Assembly (NCBI GenBank): GCA_963666515.2
Contig: OY762897.2
Span: forward strand, 1,536,001 to 1,600,000
DNA: 64,000 nucleotides
From: Candidatus Binatia bacterium
GTDB lineage: Bacteria; Desulfobacterota; Binatia; UBA9968; JAJDTQ01
Direction: 5' to 3'
Shown here: positions 9,749 to 20,229 of the stretch, one piece after another
Numbering within the stretch: position 1 is the first letter of the stretch
How the letters are laid out: every line of letters begins with the position of its first letter
Notes under the pieces: model-generated
What the model was told of the DNA's origin: nothing
Database searches by the model: none
What the model saw: only the letters and a program-made list of their open reading frames with translations
Translations under genes and position numbers: made by a program

Positions 9749-10612
9749 CTAGCTCAACCGCAGCAGCACCATCCCTGCCATGATGGTGAGGCTTCCGGGC
9801 AGGATCTCGCGCACCCGGGCGCGCTCGTTGAACACCAGCCAGCCTGCGGCCAGCGCGAACAGGATCTCGGTCTGCTTGACCGCCTCCACGTAGGAGGTGA
9901 GGGTCAGCTCGTAGGCCAGGCTGTGGCAGATGCTCGTCAGCGCTGCGCACAGCCCCATGGCGGTGAACGCGGCGCCGTGGCGCGGGATGGCGCGGAAATG
10001 GGTGGCGGAGCGGCTCACCGCCAGGGGCAGGACCATGAGGGAGGCGGCCAGGTAGCCGGCGAGGTTCGCGACGTAGACGTCGGAGCGAAGGATCAGCATC
10101 TTGATCAGCACGACCGACGGCGCATAGAAGAAGGCCGCCGCCAGGGTGAAGCGAAGGCCCGGGTCCACGAACAGCTCGCGGAGCGGCGCCCACACCGAGA
10201 TGCGGCTCTTCTGCACGTTGAGGAGGTAGACGCCGGCCGCGCTCAGCAGCACGCCCGCGAGCCCTGCCGCCGAGGGGGTCTCGTGCAGGGTCACGTAGGC
10301 GAACAGCACCAGGAACAACAGGCTCAGCTTCCACAGCGACGTGACGATGGCGATGCCCGACAGCTTGAGGGCCTTGGAGAGGCTGAGCGTGGCGATGGAC
10401 TGGGTGACGCCGAAGCCCAGGACGCAGGGCCAGAAACCGTCCCGCAACTCGGGCATCCCGTGCCAGGCCGACGCCAGGGCCACGAACGGCAGGAGGAAGG
10501 TGAAACGGCCCCAGACGTTGATGATGTCGTCCAGCTCGTGCCCCAGGTGCTTCATGGAGATGTTCCGCAGCACCTGGAACAGGGCCGACATGAGGGCCAG
10601 CACGAACCACAT
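9749..10612 (-). CDS. EamA/DMT family transporter
   Basis: 287 aa, about 10 hydrophobic segments in two repeats. Confidence 0.85.
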   Translation of the reverse strand: MWFVLALMSALFQVLRNISMKHLGHELDDIINVWGRFTFLLPFVALASAWHGMPELRDGFWPCVLGFGVTQSIATLSLSKALKLSGIAIVTSLWKLSLLFLVLFAYVTLHETPSAAGLAGVLLSAAGVYLLNVQKSRISVWAPLRELFVDPGLRFTLAAAFFYAPSVVLIKMLILRSDVYVANLAGYLAASLMVLPLAVSRSATHFRAIPRHGAAFTAMGLCAALTSICHSLAYELTLTSYVEAVKQTEILFALAAGWLVFNERARVREILPGSLTIMAGMVLLRLS

Positions 10613-10738
10613 GGGCAGGAAAGGCTAACGGCAATGCGGAGAGAAAGCGAATGCGGCGGGGAACGCCCCGGCAAGGTTGACACCGCGAAGCGTCAAGGGC
10701 TATCACCTACTCCATTACACGCGAAAGGGAGACCCCCG

Positions 10739-11443
10739 ATGGTTGACAAATTCGAAGATCATTGCTGGCAGGACCTCGTCACCGAGGAGATCATGGACAT
10801 CTACAAGCCCTACCGCAGGGACATCTACGTCGGCGAGCGCCCGGCGCTGCTGGCCATCGACCTCTACAACCTCGCTTACCGGGGCGGCCCCAAGCCGGTG
10901 CATGAGGTGGTCAAGGAACACAAGAGCGCCTGCGGCGTGTACGCCTACGACGCCATCGAGCCCACCAAGGAGCTGTTCGCCCTGGCCCGCGCCCAGGGTC
11001 TGCCGATCTTCTACACCACCACCGAGACGCGGAAAGAAGTGCAGCCGGCCGCGGTGCACGCCACCAACCGCCAGATTACCGGGATAGACGCGGACGACTA
11101 CGAGATCTACAAGGACTTTGCGCCCCAGCCCGACGACATCATCATCTACAAGGAACGTGCCAGCGGCTTCTACGGCACGCCGCTCATCGCCCACCTCACG
11201 AGGCTCGGCATCAGCTCGCTGATCGTGTGCGGCGAGAGCACCAGCGGCTGCGTGCGGGCCAGCGTGGTGGACGCCTACTCCAACGGCTACCACGTCACCA
11301 TCGTCGAGGAATGCGTCTTCGACCGCAGCATCATCTCCCACAAGGTCAACCTGTTCGACCTGCACCACAAGTACGCCGACCTCATGAAGCTGGCGGAGGT
11401 GAAGCAGCACTTCGAGGCGCAGCCGCTCAAGAAAGCGGTCTGA
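10739..11443 (+). CDS. Isochorismatase-like cysteine hydrolase (N-carbamoylsarcosine/maleamate amidase-like)
   Basis: D-K-C triad in LLAID, YKERASGF and GESTSGCV; GGGAG RBS before ATG 10739. Confidence 0.9.
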   Translation: MVDKFEDHCWQDLVTEEIMDIYKPYRRDIYVGERPALLAIDLYNLAYRGGPKPVHEVVKEHKSACGVYAYDAIEPTKELFALARAQGLPIFYTTTETRKEVQPAAVHATNRQITGIDADDYEIYKDFAPQPDDIIIYKERASGFYGTPLIAHLTRLGISSLIVCGESTSGCVRASVVDAYSNGYHVTIVEECVFDRSIISHKVNLFDLHHKYADLMKLAEVKQHFEAQPLKKAV

Positions 11444-11444
11444 C

Positions 11445-13154
11445 TCAGTGCATCGCCACCGGGTCGCCCCAGGTGAGCAGACGCCGGGCCGCGAAGGCGA
11501 TGACCAGGGATACCGCGATCAGCATGATCGACAGGGCGTAGGCCTCACCCACCTGCCCTTCCTGCCAGGCGAACCAGATCATGGTGCTCACCACCCGGTT
11601 CCCCGGCGTCGCCAGGAGCACCGCTGAAGACAGCTCCCGCAGGCTGTGGAGCGCCACCCACAGCCACAGGCTCACCAGCGCCGGAAGCACGATGGGCACC
11701 ACCACCTTGCGCAGGGTGACGGCCAGAGAGGCGCCGCAGGTGTAGGAGGCCTCCTCCAGCTCCTTGTGCACCTGGACCTGGGCGGAGATCACCGCCCGGG
11801 AGCCGTAGGAGATGTAGCGGGTGACGTGGGCGATGACGATGACCCAGATGGTTCCGTAGACGCCCACGGGGATCGAGAGATACATCAGGATCAGCGCGAA
11901 CCCGATGATCACCGAGGGGATGGCGATGGGCGCGAAGGTCAGGAGGTTCAGTATCTTTCCGGTCCTGCCGCCGAACCGCACGATGATCCAGCCCGACACC
12001 ACCGCCAGCAGCGTGGTGGCGGTAGAGGCCGCCATCACCAGCAGCGCCGTGTTCTTGAAGGCTCCCACCGCGCCGTAGCCCGTTACGGCGTTGTAGTAGT
12101 GCTTCACCGTCAGTTGCGGCACGAGTTCCCACGAGGGCGGCTGGTAGAAGGTCAGCAGGCTGCCCCACGCCAGCACCAGCAACGGGAACACGATGGCCAA
12201 GCACATGTAGAGGAAAAAGAAGCCGGAGCCGGCCCACCTGGCCCGGCCCAGGTCGATGACCGCGGGCCGGTAGCCGCGGCCGGTGACGGTGGTGTACTTC
12301 TCCCCCGCTCCCAGGACCTTCAGGTAGAGGTAGACGAGCACGCCGCTCAGCACCAGCACGCTCATGGCCAGCGCGCTGGCGGTGCCGTATTCCGGCAGCT
12401 CCCCCATGGGCGGGTGGATGGCCCAGAAGATCTTGGTGCTGAACACCAGGATGCCGGCCTGCATGCCGATGACGCCCGGTATCTCGAAAGCCTCGATGGA
12501 GATGATGAAGAACCAGATGAGGGCGGCGAAGAAAGCCGGATAGGTGAGCGGAAAGGTCACCCGCAGGAGCGTCACGAAGCGGCTGGCGCCGGCGATCATG
12601 CTGGCCTCCTCGAAGGCCGGATCCATGTTGCGCAGCACCGGCACCAGCATGAGGAACACCGTGGGCACCATGGAGAGGCCCATGACGAATGACATGCCGT
12701 AGAGCGTGAAGACGTTGAGCGGCCCCTCCCCCTCCAGCCCCAGCAACGCCCGCAGGATCAGGTTGATGACGCCGATGCGCGGGTCCAGCAGCCGCTCCCA
12801 TCCCAACGCTGCGATCATGGGCGGCAGCGCCATGGGGATGAGGATCAGGGCGTACATGAGGTGCCGGCCGGGGGCGTTGGTGCGTTCCACCAGCCAGGCC
12901 AGCGGAACGGCGAAGGCGAACCCCGTCAGGATGGCCCCCGCGCCGAACAGCAGCGTGTTGAGGATCAGCTCGTAGGTGCCGGGGTCGACGTAGATCTCGA
13001 TGTAGTGATAGAGAGAGAGGGCGCTGGTCCCGGCCAGCGGCTCGCGCTGGAACGAGAAGAAGACCACCAGGAACAGCGGCACCACCACGAGCCACGCCAC
13101 CGCCCCCAGGGTAAGCCAGCTAAAGACGTCCCGTTCGCTCACCCGCATGTGCAA
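11445..13154 (-). CDS. ABC transporter permease, FbpB-like (two fused domains)
   Basis: Two EAA loops (FEEASMIAGA, LEEASYTCGA) and many TM segments. Confidence 0.92.
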   Translation of the reverse strand: MHMRVSERDVFSWLTLGAVAWLVVVPLFLVVFFSFQREPLAGTSALSLYHYIEIYVDPGTYELILNTLLFGAGAILTGFAFAVPLAWLVERTNAPGRHLMYALILIPMALPPMIAALGWERLLDPRIGVINLILRALLGLEGEGPLNVFTLYGMSFVMGLSMVPTVFLMLVPVLRNMDPAFEEASMIAGASRFVTLLRVTFPLTYPAFFAALIWFFIISIEAFEIPGVIGMQAGILVFSTKIFWAIHPPMGELPEYGTASALAMSVLVLSGVLVYLYLKVLGAGEKYTTVTGRGYRPAVIDLGRARWAGSGFFFLYMCLAIVFPLLVLAWGSLLTFYQPPSWELVPQLTVKHYYNAVTGYGAVGAFKNTALLVMAASTATTLLAVVSGWIIVRFGGRTGKILNLLTFAPIAIPSVIIGFALILMYLSIPVGVYGTIWVIVIAHVTRYISYGSRAVISAQVQVHKELEEASYTCGASLAVTLRKVVVPIVLPALVSLWLWVALHSLRELSSAVLLATPGNRVVSTMIWFAWQEGQVGEAYALSIMLIAVSLVIAFAARRLLTWGDPVAMH

Positions 13155-13200
13155 GCCATGATGGCCGGGGCTCGGTCGTTCCCCCCGGCGTCTCCATCGT

Positions 13201-14328
13201 CTACTGGAGGTCGTAGAGCCTCGCGCTGTTGTCCCAGAAGATCTTGCGCCTGGAGGCGTCGGCGAGCCCGCCGATGCCGAGGAAGCTGTCCACCGCTTCC
13301 GGCCACCGCGAGTCGGAGTGCGGGTAGTCCGTCGAGATCACGATGTTGTCTTCCCCGATCCGGCTCACCACGTCCGCCACCAGGTCTTCCTCCACGTCGG
13401 TGGCAATGAAGCACTGGCGCAGGAAGTATTCGCTGGGGTTCAGAGAAAGCGGCGTGTCGCAGAGGTCCTTTCGAAGCTCCCAGCGCTCGTCGAGACGGTA
13501 CAGCACCCACGGCAGCCAACTGCAGTTGCCCTCGAGAAAGGCCACCCTCAAACGGGGAAACCGCTCCAGCACTCCGCCGCCGCAGAAGCTTCCCACCGCC
13601 AGCATCAGCTCGACGGGATTGCGATAGGCGTTCACCAGGATGCCTTCGTTGGGAAGACCCTTGAACCGTTGCGCCACCTGGTCCATCCGGGGGTTGGCCG
13701 CGGGGTGAAAGCAGACGGGCGTGTTCAGGCGCTCCGCCTCGCGCCACAGCGGGTCGAAACAGGTCTCATGGATGTGCCGGCCGTTGGCGGGCTCGGGCAC
13801 CAGGCACAGTCCGACGGCGCCCAACTCGGTGACCGCCCGGCGGGTCTCGTCCACGGCCATGTCCACGTCGTGCAGTGTGATCAGGGCCGAGGGCTTGAGC
13901 CGTTCGGTATTCTCCTTGCAGAAGTCCGCCACCCAGTCGTTCCAGGCGCGGCAGAGCGCGTTGGCGTATTCCGGTTCCAGACGGTCGTCGGTGTGCAGCG
14001 GGAAAGTGCGAAAGAGCACCGCCACGTCCAGGCCCTCAAGGTCCATGGCCTCCACCTGGGAGACCGCATCGTAGTTCCTCGCCAGGGGCCTGGTGTAGCG
14101 ATGCGCCACCTTGTCCTCGCCCGGGGTCACGTTGGGTCGGGTCGTAAGCCCCGACTCCCGCACCAGGGCGCCGTCGCCGAAGCTGAACTTGACCTGGCCG
14201 TGACGCGTCCTGGGCTTCCCTCTGGGGATACGGTCGCCCCACTTGGAATCCATGTACTTGAGATAGAGATCATGCGGCTCGAACACGTGCATGTCGCTGT
14301 CGAGGATCTTGAAGCCGTTTCGGGCCAT
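13201..14328 (-). CDS. Amidohydrolase family protein (Amidohydro_2)
   Basis: DSDMH, CFHP, FLEGN and STDYPH motifs. Confidence 0.93.
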   Translation of the reverse strand: MARNGFKILDSDMHVFEPHDLYLKYMDSKWGDRIPRGKPRTRHGQVKFSFGDGALVRESGLTTRPNVTPGEDKVAHRYTRPLARNYDAVSQVEAMDLEGLDVAVLFRTFPLHTDDRLEPEYANALCRAWNDWVADFCKENTERLKPSALITLHDVDMAVDETRRAVTELGAVGLCLVPEPANGRHIHETCFDPLWREAERLNTPVCFHPAANPRMDQVAQRFKGLPNEGILVNAYRNPVELMLAVGSFCGGGVLERFPRLRVAFLEGNCSWLPWVLYRLDERWELRKDLCDTPLSLNPSEYFLRQCFIATDVEEDLVADVVSRIGEDNIVISTDYPHSDSRWPEAVDSFLGIGGLADASRRKIFWDNSARLYDLQ

Positions 14329-14388
14329 GGTCAGGGCTCCTTTGGGCCGGCGCGGCGCCCGGCCCGGCGGCCGGACGCCGTCCGCTGT

Positions 14389-15411
14389 CTAGTGTCCGGT
14401 AAGTATCTTCCGGGCCTGCTTGCGCCACTTCTTGAGTTCCCTGGCTTCCTCCATGGTGGGAGCGTTCCAGACGAACTTGACGCCGGCCGCGCGCGCCATC
14501 TTGGCGGCGTCGGTCTGCGCGCTGGGACCGAGCTGGCTCCGGAAGGAGGCCTTTTCCATCAGCGCCGAGGCCTCGGGGGTGCCGAGGTAGCCGGTCAGGA
14601 GCTTGGCCGCGTTGGGATTGCGCACCTTCTTCACCGCGATGGAGTAGAAGCGGGTCACCGACATGGGCGTGATCCAGAGGAAGTCCACCGGCGCCCCGTC
14701 CTTGACCTTGGCCCTGAAGACACGGTCGAACTGGATCAGCGCCAGCGGCGCCTGCCCCGCCACCAGCGCCTCCAGGGTCTGTGGTCCGCCCCGGGGCTGA
14801 ATGATGGGGTCCTGGGCCCTGAACTTGCGGGTGTACTCCATCGTCTTCTCCAACCCCCACTCCGGCACCAGGTCTCCGAAGGGATACCCCCGCCCCACGA
14901 CGATGATCTTACGGCCCTTCCACTTGGGGTCCAGCAGCCCTTCCCAGGTGGTGGGCACTTGGTCCCTGGAGACCAGCTTGGTGTTGAACCCCAGCACCCG
15001 GGTCAGGTCGAACCACGGCACTAGGCGCTCCCCGAAGGATATCTCGTTCTTGGCGATGCCGAACTCGTGGTACGGGAACGGCGCCAGCAGGTCGGCCTTG
15101 AGCAGCCGCTCCGCCGACGTGGTGGTAGCCTGGGCCACCTCGTAGGTGGCCATGCCCACCCGGGTCTCGAGTTGTATCTTGGCGGAGGCGTCGGACCCCG
15201 TGGAAGGGATATGGTTCACCTGGATGCCCGGGAACCGCTTCATGAAGCCGCCGATCTGGGCCTTCAGCGCCACCGGCGGCGAACCCGCGGCCAGCACCAC
15301 CTGACCCTCCTTCTTGGCCTTCTCGTACAGGGCCTTGACGTTGTCCTGTGCGTGAACCCCCGTGACCGCAGCAAGCGAGACGCCGACAATGAGCGTTATG
15401 ATCCGTTTCAT
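14389..15411 (-). CDS. ABC transporter extracellular solute-binding protein (Fe3+/polyamine-like class)
   Basis: Signal peptide MKRIITLIVG..VHA, AKKEGQV and PTTWEGLLDPKWKG; GGAGG RBS. Confidence 0.88.
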   Translation of the reverse strand: MKRIITLIVGVSLAAVTGVHAQDNVKALYEKAKKEGQVVLAAGSPPVALKAQIGGFMKRFPGIQVNHIPSTGSDASAKIQLETRVGMATYEVAQATTTSAERLLKADLLAPFPYHEFGIAKNEISFGERLVPWFDLTRVLGFNTKLVSRDQVPTTWEGLLDPKWKGRKIIVVGRGYPFGDLVPEWGLEKTMEYTRKFRAQDPIIQPRGGPQTLEALVAGQAPLALIQFDRVFRAKVKDGAPVDFLWITPMSVTRFYSIAVKKVRNPNAAKLLTGYLGTPEASALMEKASFRSQLGPSAQTDAAKMARAAGVKFVWNAPTMEEARELKKWRKQARKILTGH

Positions 15412-15524
15412 CCTGGCCCTCCTTTTCTCGCTGACGTGCTTGAGTCGTTGCCGAAAGCTGGCCCGCGCATAACACAGCGCGCGAAACCCGGTCAAGAGCG
15501 ATCCCGAGCCAATGTCCTGTCTGT

Positions 15525-16706
15525 TTATACCGTCCCTGCTTCCGCCAGTTGCCCGATGCGCTCCTCGCTCAACCCCAGTTCCTTGAGGATCTCGGCGGTG
15601 TGCTCGCCGAGCTCGGGGGGTAGCGCCGACCATTGCCACGGCGTATCGCTCAGGTTGACGCCGCCTCTCACCGTCTGGATCGGCCCATGCTTGGGATGCT
15701 CCCATTCCATGATCCGATCGAGGTGCTTGACCTGCGGGTCCTCGAACACTTCGTCGAGGCGGTTGATGGGGGCGTGGGCCACGTCGTGCTTGCCCAACGC
15801 ATCCAGCCAGTGCTGCCGGGGCTTGGCGCCGACGATCTCCTGAAGCAGAGCCTTGAGCTCGTCATAGTTGACCAGACGGTCCTCGCGATCGGCGAAACGG
15901 GAATCGTCCGCGAGTTCCGGGTGTCCCAGGGCCTCCACCATGCTTACGTAGAACTTGTTGAGGTGGGACAGGTGGATGACGAACGGCAACCCGTCCCCCG
16001 CCAGGAGCGCGTAGACCCCGGCGGAACGCCCGCGGCTCTCCACGTCGGGAACGTCGCCGGTAGCGAAGTACTGGGTGATGCTGCGACCGATGAACGCCAT
16101 GGATGCCTCCATGAGTGACGTCTCCACCTTCTGGCCCTTGCCCGACTTCTCCCGGGCCATCAAGGCGATGAGAACACCGTAGCAGGCGAACATGCCGCCC
16201 AGGTGGTCCGAGAAGGCCAAGCCCGGCGGCTGCGGCGCCCTGGGGTCGATGATCTGGCTCAACAGGCCGCTGAGGCACTGTCCGAGGGTGTCGAAGCCCG
16301 GCCTCTCGCGGTACGGCCCGGTCTGTCCGAACGCCGATATGCCGCAATAGACCAGACGCGGATTGAGGTCCTTGAGTCGCTCGTAACCGAGATCCAGGCG
16401 GTCCATCACCCCCGGCCGGTAGTTCTCGATCACGACGTCGGCCTCCTCCGCCATCCGGAGAAAAATTTTCTTCCCTTCCGGATCGCGCAGGTTCAGGGTC
16501 ATGCTCCGCTTGTTGCGGTTGTAGCTGCGGAACAGCGGACTGTACATGCGCGGCTCCTGGGCCCACTTGCGAAACGGGTCGCCGCCGGCGGTGTTCTCGA
16601 TCTTCACCACCGAAGCTCCCATGTCCGCCAGCAGCATGGCCGCGAACGGACCGGCGATGTAGCTGCTGAGGTCGAGAATCCTGATGCCGTCGAGGGCCTG
16701 TGCCAT
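15525..16706 (-). CDS. CaiB/BaiF family III CoA-transferase
   Basis: LDLSSYIAGP, NRNKRS, ENYRPG, PPELGEHT; catalytic Asp region FSDHLGG. Confidence 0.95.
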   Translation of the reverse strand: MAQALDGIRILDLSSYIAGPFAAMLLADMGASVVKIENTAGGDPFRKWAQEPRMYSPLFRSYNRNKRSMTLNLRDPEGKKIFLRMAEEADVVIENYRPGVMDRLDLGYERLKDLNPRLVYCGISAFGQTGPYRERPGFDTLGQCLSGLLSQIIDPRAPQPPGLAFSDHLGGMFACYGVLIALMAREKSGKGQKVETSLMEASMAFIGRSITQYFATGDVPDVESRGRSAGVYALLAGDGLPFVIHLSHLNKFYVSMVEALGHPELADDSRFADREDRLVNYDELKALLQEIVGAKPRQHWLDALGKHDVAHAPINRLDEVFEDPQVKHLDRIMEWEHPKHGPIQTVRGGVNLSDTPWQWSALPPELGEHTAEILKELGLSEERIGQLAEAGTV

Positions 16707-16874
16707 TCCTGTAAACCTCCTTCGTTTCTGGCGGTGCCTTCTTTATAGGAGCCCCGCGGCAACGGAGTCAAAGGCTGTCGCCGTCCCCGACCGGAACCCG
16801 TCCGCTCCTTGACTCCCTCAACGCCCAAAGGTATTCGGGTTGAGCACGCCAACGCTTCCGGAAGGGAGACCCCG

Positions 16875-18011
16875 ATGAAGAACGGACTCAAGATCATCGA
16901 CTCCGACATGCACATCATGGAGCCGCCGGACCTCTGGGAGAACTACGTGGACGCGCCCTTCAAGCAGCATGCGCCGCGGGTGGTCAACGTCCCCAGCCGG
17001 GGCGATTTCAACCTGCTGCTGCTGGACGGCAAGGAGCCCCGGGCCAAGAGCCCGTCGCTGGCCAACGACGCGCGCATGATCGGCAAGCGGCGCGCCTCCA
17101 CGCGCGAGGACGTCATCGGCTTCGCCCGGGACCAAGGCTTCAACGCCAAGTCCCAGCTTGAGGCCATGGACATCGAGGGGCTGGACGTGGCGGTGCTGTT
17201 CCCCACCGCCTGTCTTCACATCATGACCGTGCCGGACATGGATCCGCTGCTGGCGGAAGCCATCTGCCGGGCCTACAACAACTGGCTCTACGACTTCTGC
17301 CAGGAAGACCCGGCGCGGCTGAAGGGCGCGGCCATGCTGCCGCCCCACGACGTTTCGCTGGCGATGCGGGAAGCCCGGCGCGCGGCCGACGAGCTGGGCT
17401 TCGTCACCGCCTTCCTGCGGGCCACGCCGCTCCCCGGCGACACCTGGTTCGGGCTCTATTGGGAGCCCCTGTGGAACGAGTTGCAGGAGTTGGGAATGCC
17501 GGTGGGATTCCACGAGTGCACCAACTCAGGCTACTACCCCCACATCGAGCGGTTCGGCCAGAACAACCGCCTCATGCGCCACATCTGCAGCCACGTCACC
17601 GGCCAGATGGTGACCATGGTGGACATCATCGTGGGCGGCGTGCTCGAACGTTTCCCGGAGTTGAAGGTGGCGTTCCTGGAATGCAACTGCGGCTGGGCGC
17701 CGGCGTGGCTGAGCCGCATGGACACCCACTGGGAGCAGTTGGGCGCCGCTGACGCTCCCATGCTCACCATGAAGCCCAGCGAGTACTTCAAGCGCCAGTG
17801 CGTGGTGGGCTGCGAGGGCGAGGAGCGCGAGGTGGGGTCGGTGATCCAGTTGATGGGCGACGACAACATCGTCTTCTCCACCGACTACCCCCACAGCGAT
17901 TCCGAGTTCCCCCACGCGGTAGACGCGTTCATGCAGCAGGAGCTGCCGGTGGAGCATTCCCGCAAGATCCTGTGGGACAACTGCATCAAGTTCTACGGGA
18001 TCGACGCGTAG
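16875..18011 (+). CDS. Amidohydrolase family protein (Amidohydro_2)
   Basis: DSDMH, GFHE, FLEC and STDYPH motifs. Confidence 0.93.
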   Translation: MKNGLKIIDSDMHIMEPPDLWENYVDAPFKQHAPRVVNVPSRGDFNLLLLDGKEPRAKSPSLANDARMIGKRRASTREDVIGFARDQGFNAKSQLEAMDIEGLDVAVLFPTACLHIMTVPDMDPLLAEAICRAYNNWLYDFCQEDPARLKGAAMLPPHDVSLAMREARRAADELGFVTAFLRATPLPGDTWFGLYWEPLWNELQELGMPVGFHECTNSGYYPHIERFGQNNRLMRHICSHVTGQMVTMVDIIVGGVLERFPELKVAFLECNCGWAPAWLSRMDTHWEQLGAADAPMLTMKPSEYFKRQCVVGCEGEEREVGSVIQLMGDDNIVFSTDYPHSDSEFPHAVDAFMQQELPVEHSRKILWDNCIKFYGIDA

Positions 18012-18066
18012 GTTGTCGCAACTCAGGGCTCGAACCACAGGCGAGAGGTCCCGCGTGTCTGATTCC

Positions 18067-19218
18067 ATGCTGCGATTCGGGGTTTTCCTGGCGCCCTTCC
18101 ATGCGCTGAACGAGAACCCCACCCTTCTCTTCGAGCGCGACCTGGAGCTGACCATGCTGCTGGACCGCCTCGGCTACGACGAGGCATGGATCGGCGAGCA
18201 CCACTCGGGCGGGTTCGAGACCATCGCCGCGCCGGAAGTCTTCATCGCCGCCGCGGCCCGGGAGACACGGCGCATCCGCCTCGGCACCGGGGTGAAGTCC
18301 CTCCCCTACGTGCATCCTTTCATGGTGGCCGACGCCATGGTCCAGCTCGACCACATGACCCGCGGGCGCGCCATGTTCGGCGTGGGGCCTGGCGCCCTGC
18401 CCTCGGACGCCACGCAGATGGGCATCGACCCGCGGCGCACCCGGCGCATGATGAACGAGTCGCTGGACGTGATCATCCCGCTGCTGGAGGGCGAGCGCGT
18501 AAGCGCCAGGACCGACTGGTTCACCCTGGACCGGGCCAAGCTGCAGCACGCCTCCTTTACCCGGCCGCGAATGGAAATGGCCGTGACCACCATCCGCTCG
18601 CCCGCGGGCGCATCGCTGGCCGGCCGCTACGGGCTCGGGCTGCTTTCCCTCGGCGGACACTCCGACGAGGCGCTGGCCGCCTACGCCCACAACTGGGGAA
18701 TCTACGAGGAAGCCGCGGCCGCCCACGGCCGCGTCGCCGACCGGGCACTGTTCCGCATCGCCGTGCAGATGCATATCGCCGACACGCGTGAGCAGGCCAT
18801 GAAGGACGTCCGCTTCGGAATCGACGCCTGGGGCGGCTACGCACGCGACGTACTGCCCAATCAGACGGTTCCCAAGGGAGTCACCGACACCCGCACGTTC
18901 ATCGTCGAGTCCGGCCGCGCCATCATCGGCACGCCCGCCGACGCCATCCGCGAGATCGAGCGCATGCAGGCCGGCACCGGCGGCTTCGGCGTGGTGCTGT
19001 TCATGTGCCACGACTGGGTCGACTGGGCCGCCACCAACCGCAGCTACGAGCTGTTCGCCCGGCACGTCATCCCGCACTTCCAGGGCCAGTTCGCTTCCAG
19101 ACAGACCAGCTACGACGAGGCCGCGGAGTGGCAACCGGAATTCCGCGCTGCGGCGATGGAAGGCGTCGCCGCAGCCAAGGCGGAGTACGAGGACAAGCGA
19201 AAAAAGCAGGCAGGCTGA
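18067..19218 (+). CDS. LLM class flavin-dependent monooxygenase (luciferase-like)
   Basis: FGVFLAPFH, WIGEHHS, RLGTGV and LDHMTRGR motifs. Confidence 0.92.
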   Translation: MLRFGVFLAPFHALNENPTLLFERDLELTMLLDRLGYDEAWIGEHHSGGFETIAAPEVFIAAAARETRRIRLGTGVKSLPYVHPFMVADAMVQLDHMTRGRAMFGVGPGALPSDATQMGIDPRRTRRMMNESLDVIIPLLEGERVSARTDWFTLDRAKLQHASFTRPRMEMAVTTIRSPAGASLAGRYGLGLLSLGGHSDEALAAYAHNWGIYEEAAAAHGRVADRALFRIAVQMHIADTREQAMKDVRFGIDAWGGYARDVLPNQTVPKGVTDTRTFIVESGRAIIGTPADAIREIERMQAGTGGFGVVLFMCHDWVDWAATNRSYELFARHVIPHFQGQFASRQTSYDEAAEWQPEFRAAAMEGVAAAKAEYEDKRKKQAG

Positions 19219-19490
19219 GGGAGGACAGCGCCGCCGGCGAGCCCCCAGTACCCACGACATCTCCTTTTGCTACGACGACTTCCATGCCGCGGGCGCGGCC
19301 TCACGCCTGTTCGGCGTTATTCCCCTCCAGTCACTGATCTTTCCGAACGGTCCGCCTCGCAAGGGCCTCCTTGCAGGAGAGGACTGCAACCATGGCCCGT
19401 ATTTTGCACCCATGAAACGAGACGGCGTCGGGCGGTATCGCTGAAACTCCGGGCCGTTCAGCGATACTTGAACACATTCCGTTAAGGGAA

Positions 19491-19538
19491 TACGATGAGC
19501 ACTTGCAAGAGCTGAGAAAGGAAGGGTTGATCGAATGA
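19491..19538 (+). pseudogene. C-terminal remnant of a HigB/Gp49-like toxin
   Basis: Translates as YDEHLQELRKEGLIE*, with an ATGA overlap into the downstream antitoxin. The upstream frame does not look toxin-like. Confidence 0.55.
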
Positions 19539-19888
19539 GCGGCCTCAACACCTTTAGCGAACTCACAAAGGACTTTTCTCCGGGGCGTCGGGCGCGGGTA
19601 GATGCCAAGACAGCGGAGCTTCGCTCAGCCATGCCGCTTCACGAGCTTCGACAGGCCCGGGCACTGACCCAGAAGGCGCTTGGCAAGGCATTGAACGTCA
19701 ACCAGCCGGCGGTCGCCAAGCTGGAACGGAGAGCCGACATGTACATCTCAAAACTCCGCGCCTACATCGAAGCGATGGGGGGAGAACTGAGCATTGTCGT
19801 CCGGTTTCCGGAGGGAGATGTCGCAATCACCAATTTCGCGGATGGAGAACCATGGTGTTCGGTCAACCCAAGACCCACAGAAGGTTGA
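19535..19888 (+). CDS. XRE/HigA-like HTH antitoxin
   Basis: LHELRQARALTQKALGKALNVNQPAVAKLERRADMYISKLRAYIEAMGG signature. Confidence 0.9.
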   Translation: MSGLNTFSELTKDFSPGRRARVDAKTAELRSAMPLHELRQARALTQKALGKALNVNQPAVAKLERRADMYISKLRAYIEAMGGELSIVVRFPEGDVAITNFADGEPWCSVNPRPTEG

Positions 19889-19913
19889 CAGGCAGTACAA
19901 TTGTAGCTACAGT
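19885..19913 (+). promoter_or_regulatory. Sigma70-like promoter of brnTA with overlapping palindromic operator
   Basis: TTGACA-17nt-TACAGT; palindromes TACAATTGTA (19896-19905) and TGTAGCTACA (19902-19911). Confidence 0.65.
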
Positions 19914-19938
19914 CCCGTAACGATATGAGAGTAGTTTA

Positions 19939-20229
19939 GTGTATTGGGCGTGGGACGAGGAGAAGAATCGAGTCAACAAGCAGAAGCACGGAATCGGCTT
20001 CGAGACAGCGAAGCTCGTGTTTGACGATCCGTTGATGACGCATAGGCCCGACTCCAGTGCGGACGAAGAGCGCTGGCAGACCATCGGTCTTGTCGGCGAC
20101 GTAGTCGTGATCGTGGCGCACACTTGGCCCAAGGCAGAACACGAGACCGGCCTCGAAGTCGGTCGCATCATCAGTGCTCGAAAAGCTACTACCCACGAGA
20201 GGAGAGCCTATGAAGAAGGCGACTTCTAA
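19939..20229 (+). CDS. brnT: BrnT family toxin (ribonuclease)
   Basis: WDEEKNRVNKQKHGIGFE, EERWQTIG and RIISARKAT motifs. Confidence 0.92.
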   Translation: MYWAWDEEKNRVNKQKHGIGFETAKLVFDDPLMTHRPDSSADEERWQTIGLVGDVVVIVAHTWPKAEHETGLEVGRIISARKATTHERRAYEEGDF

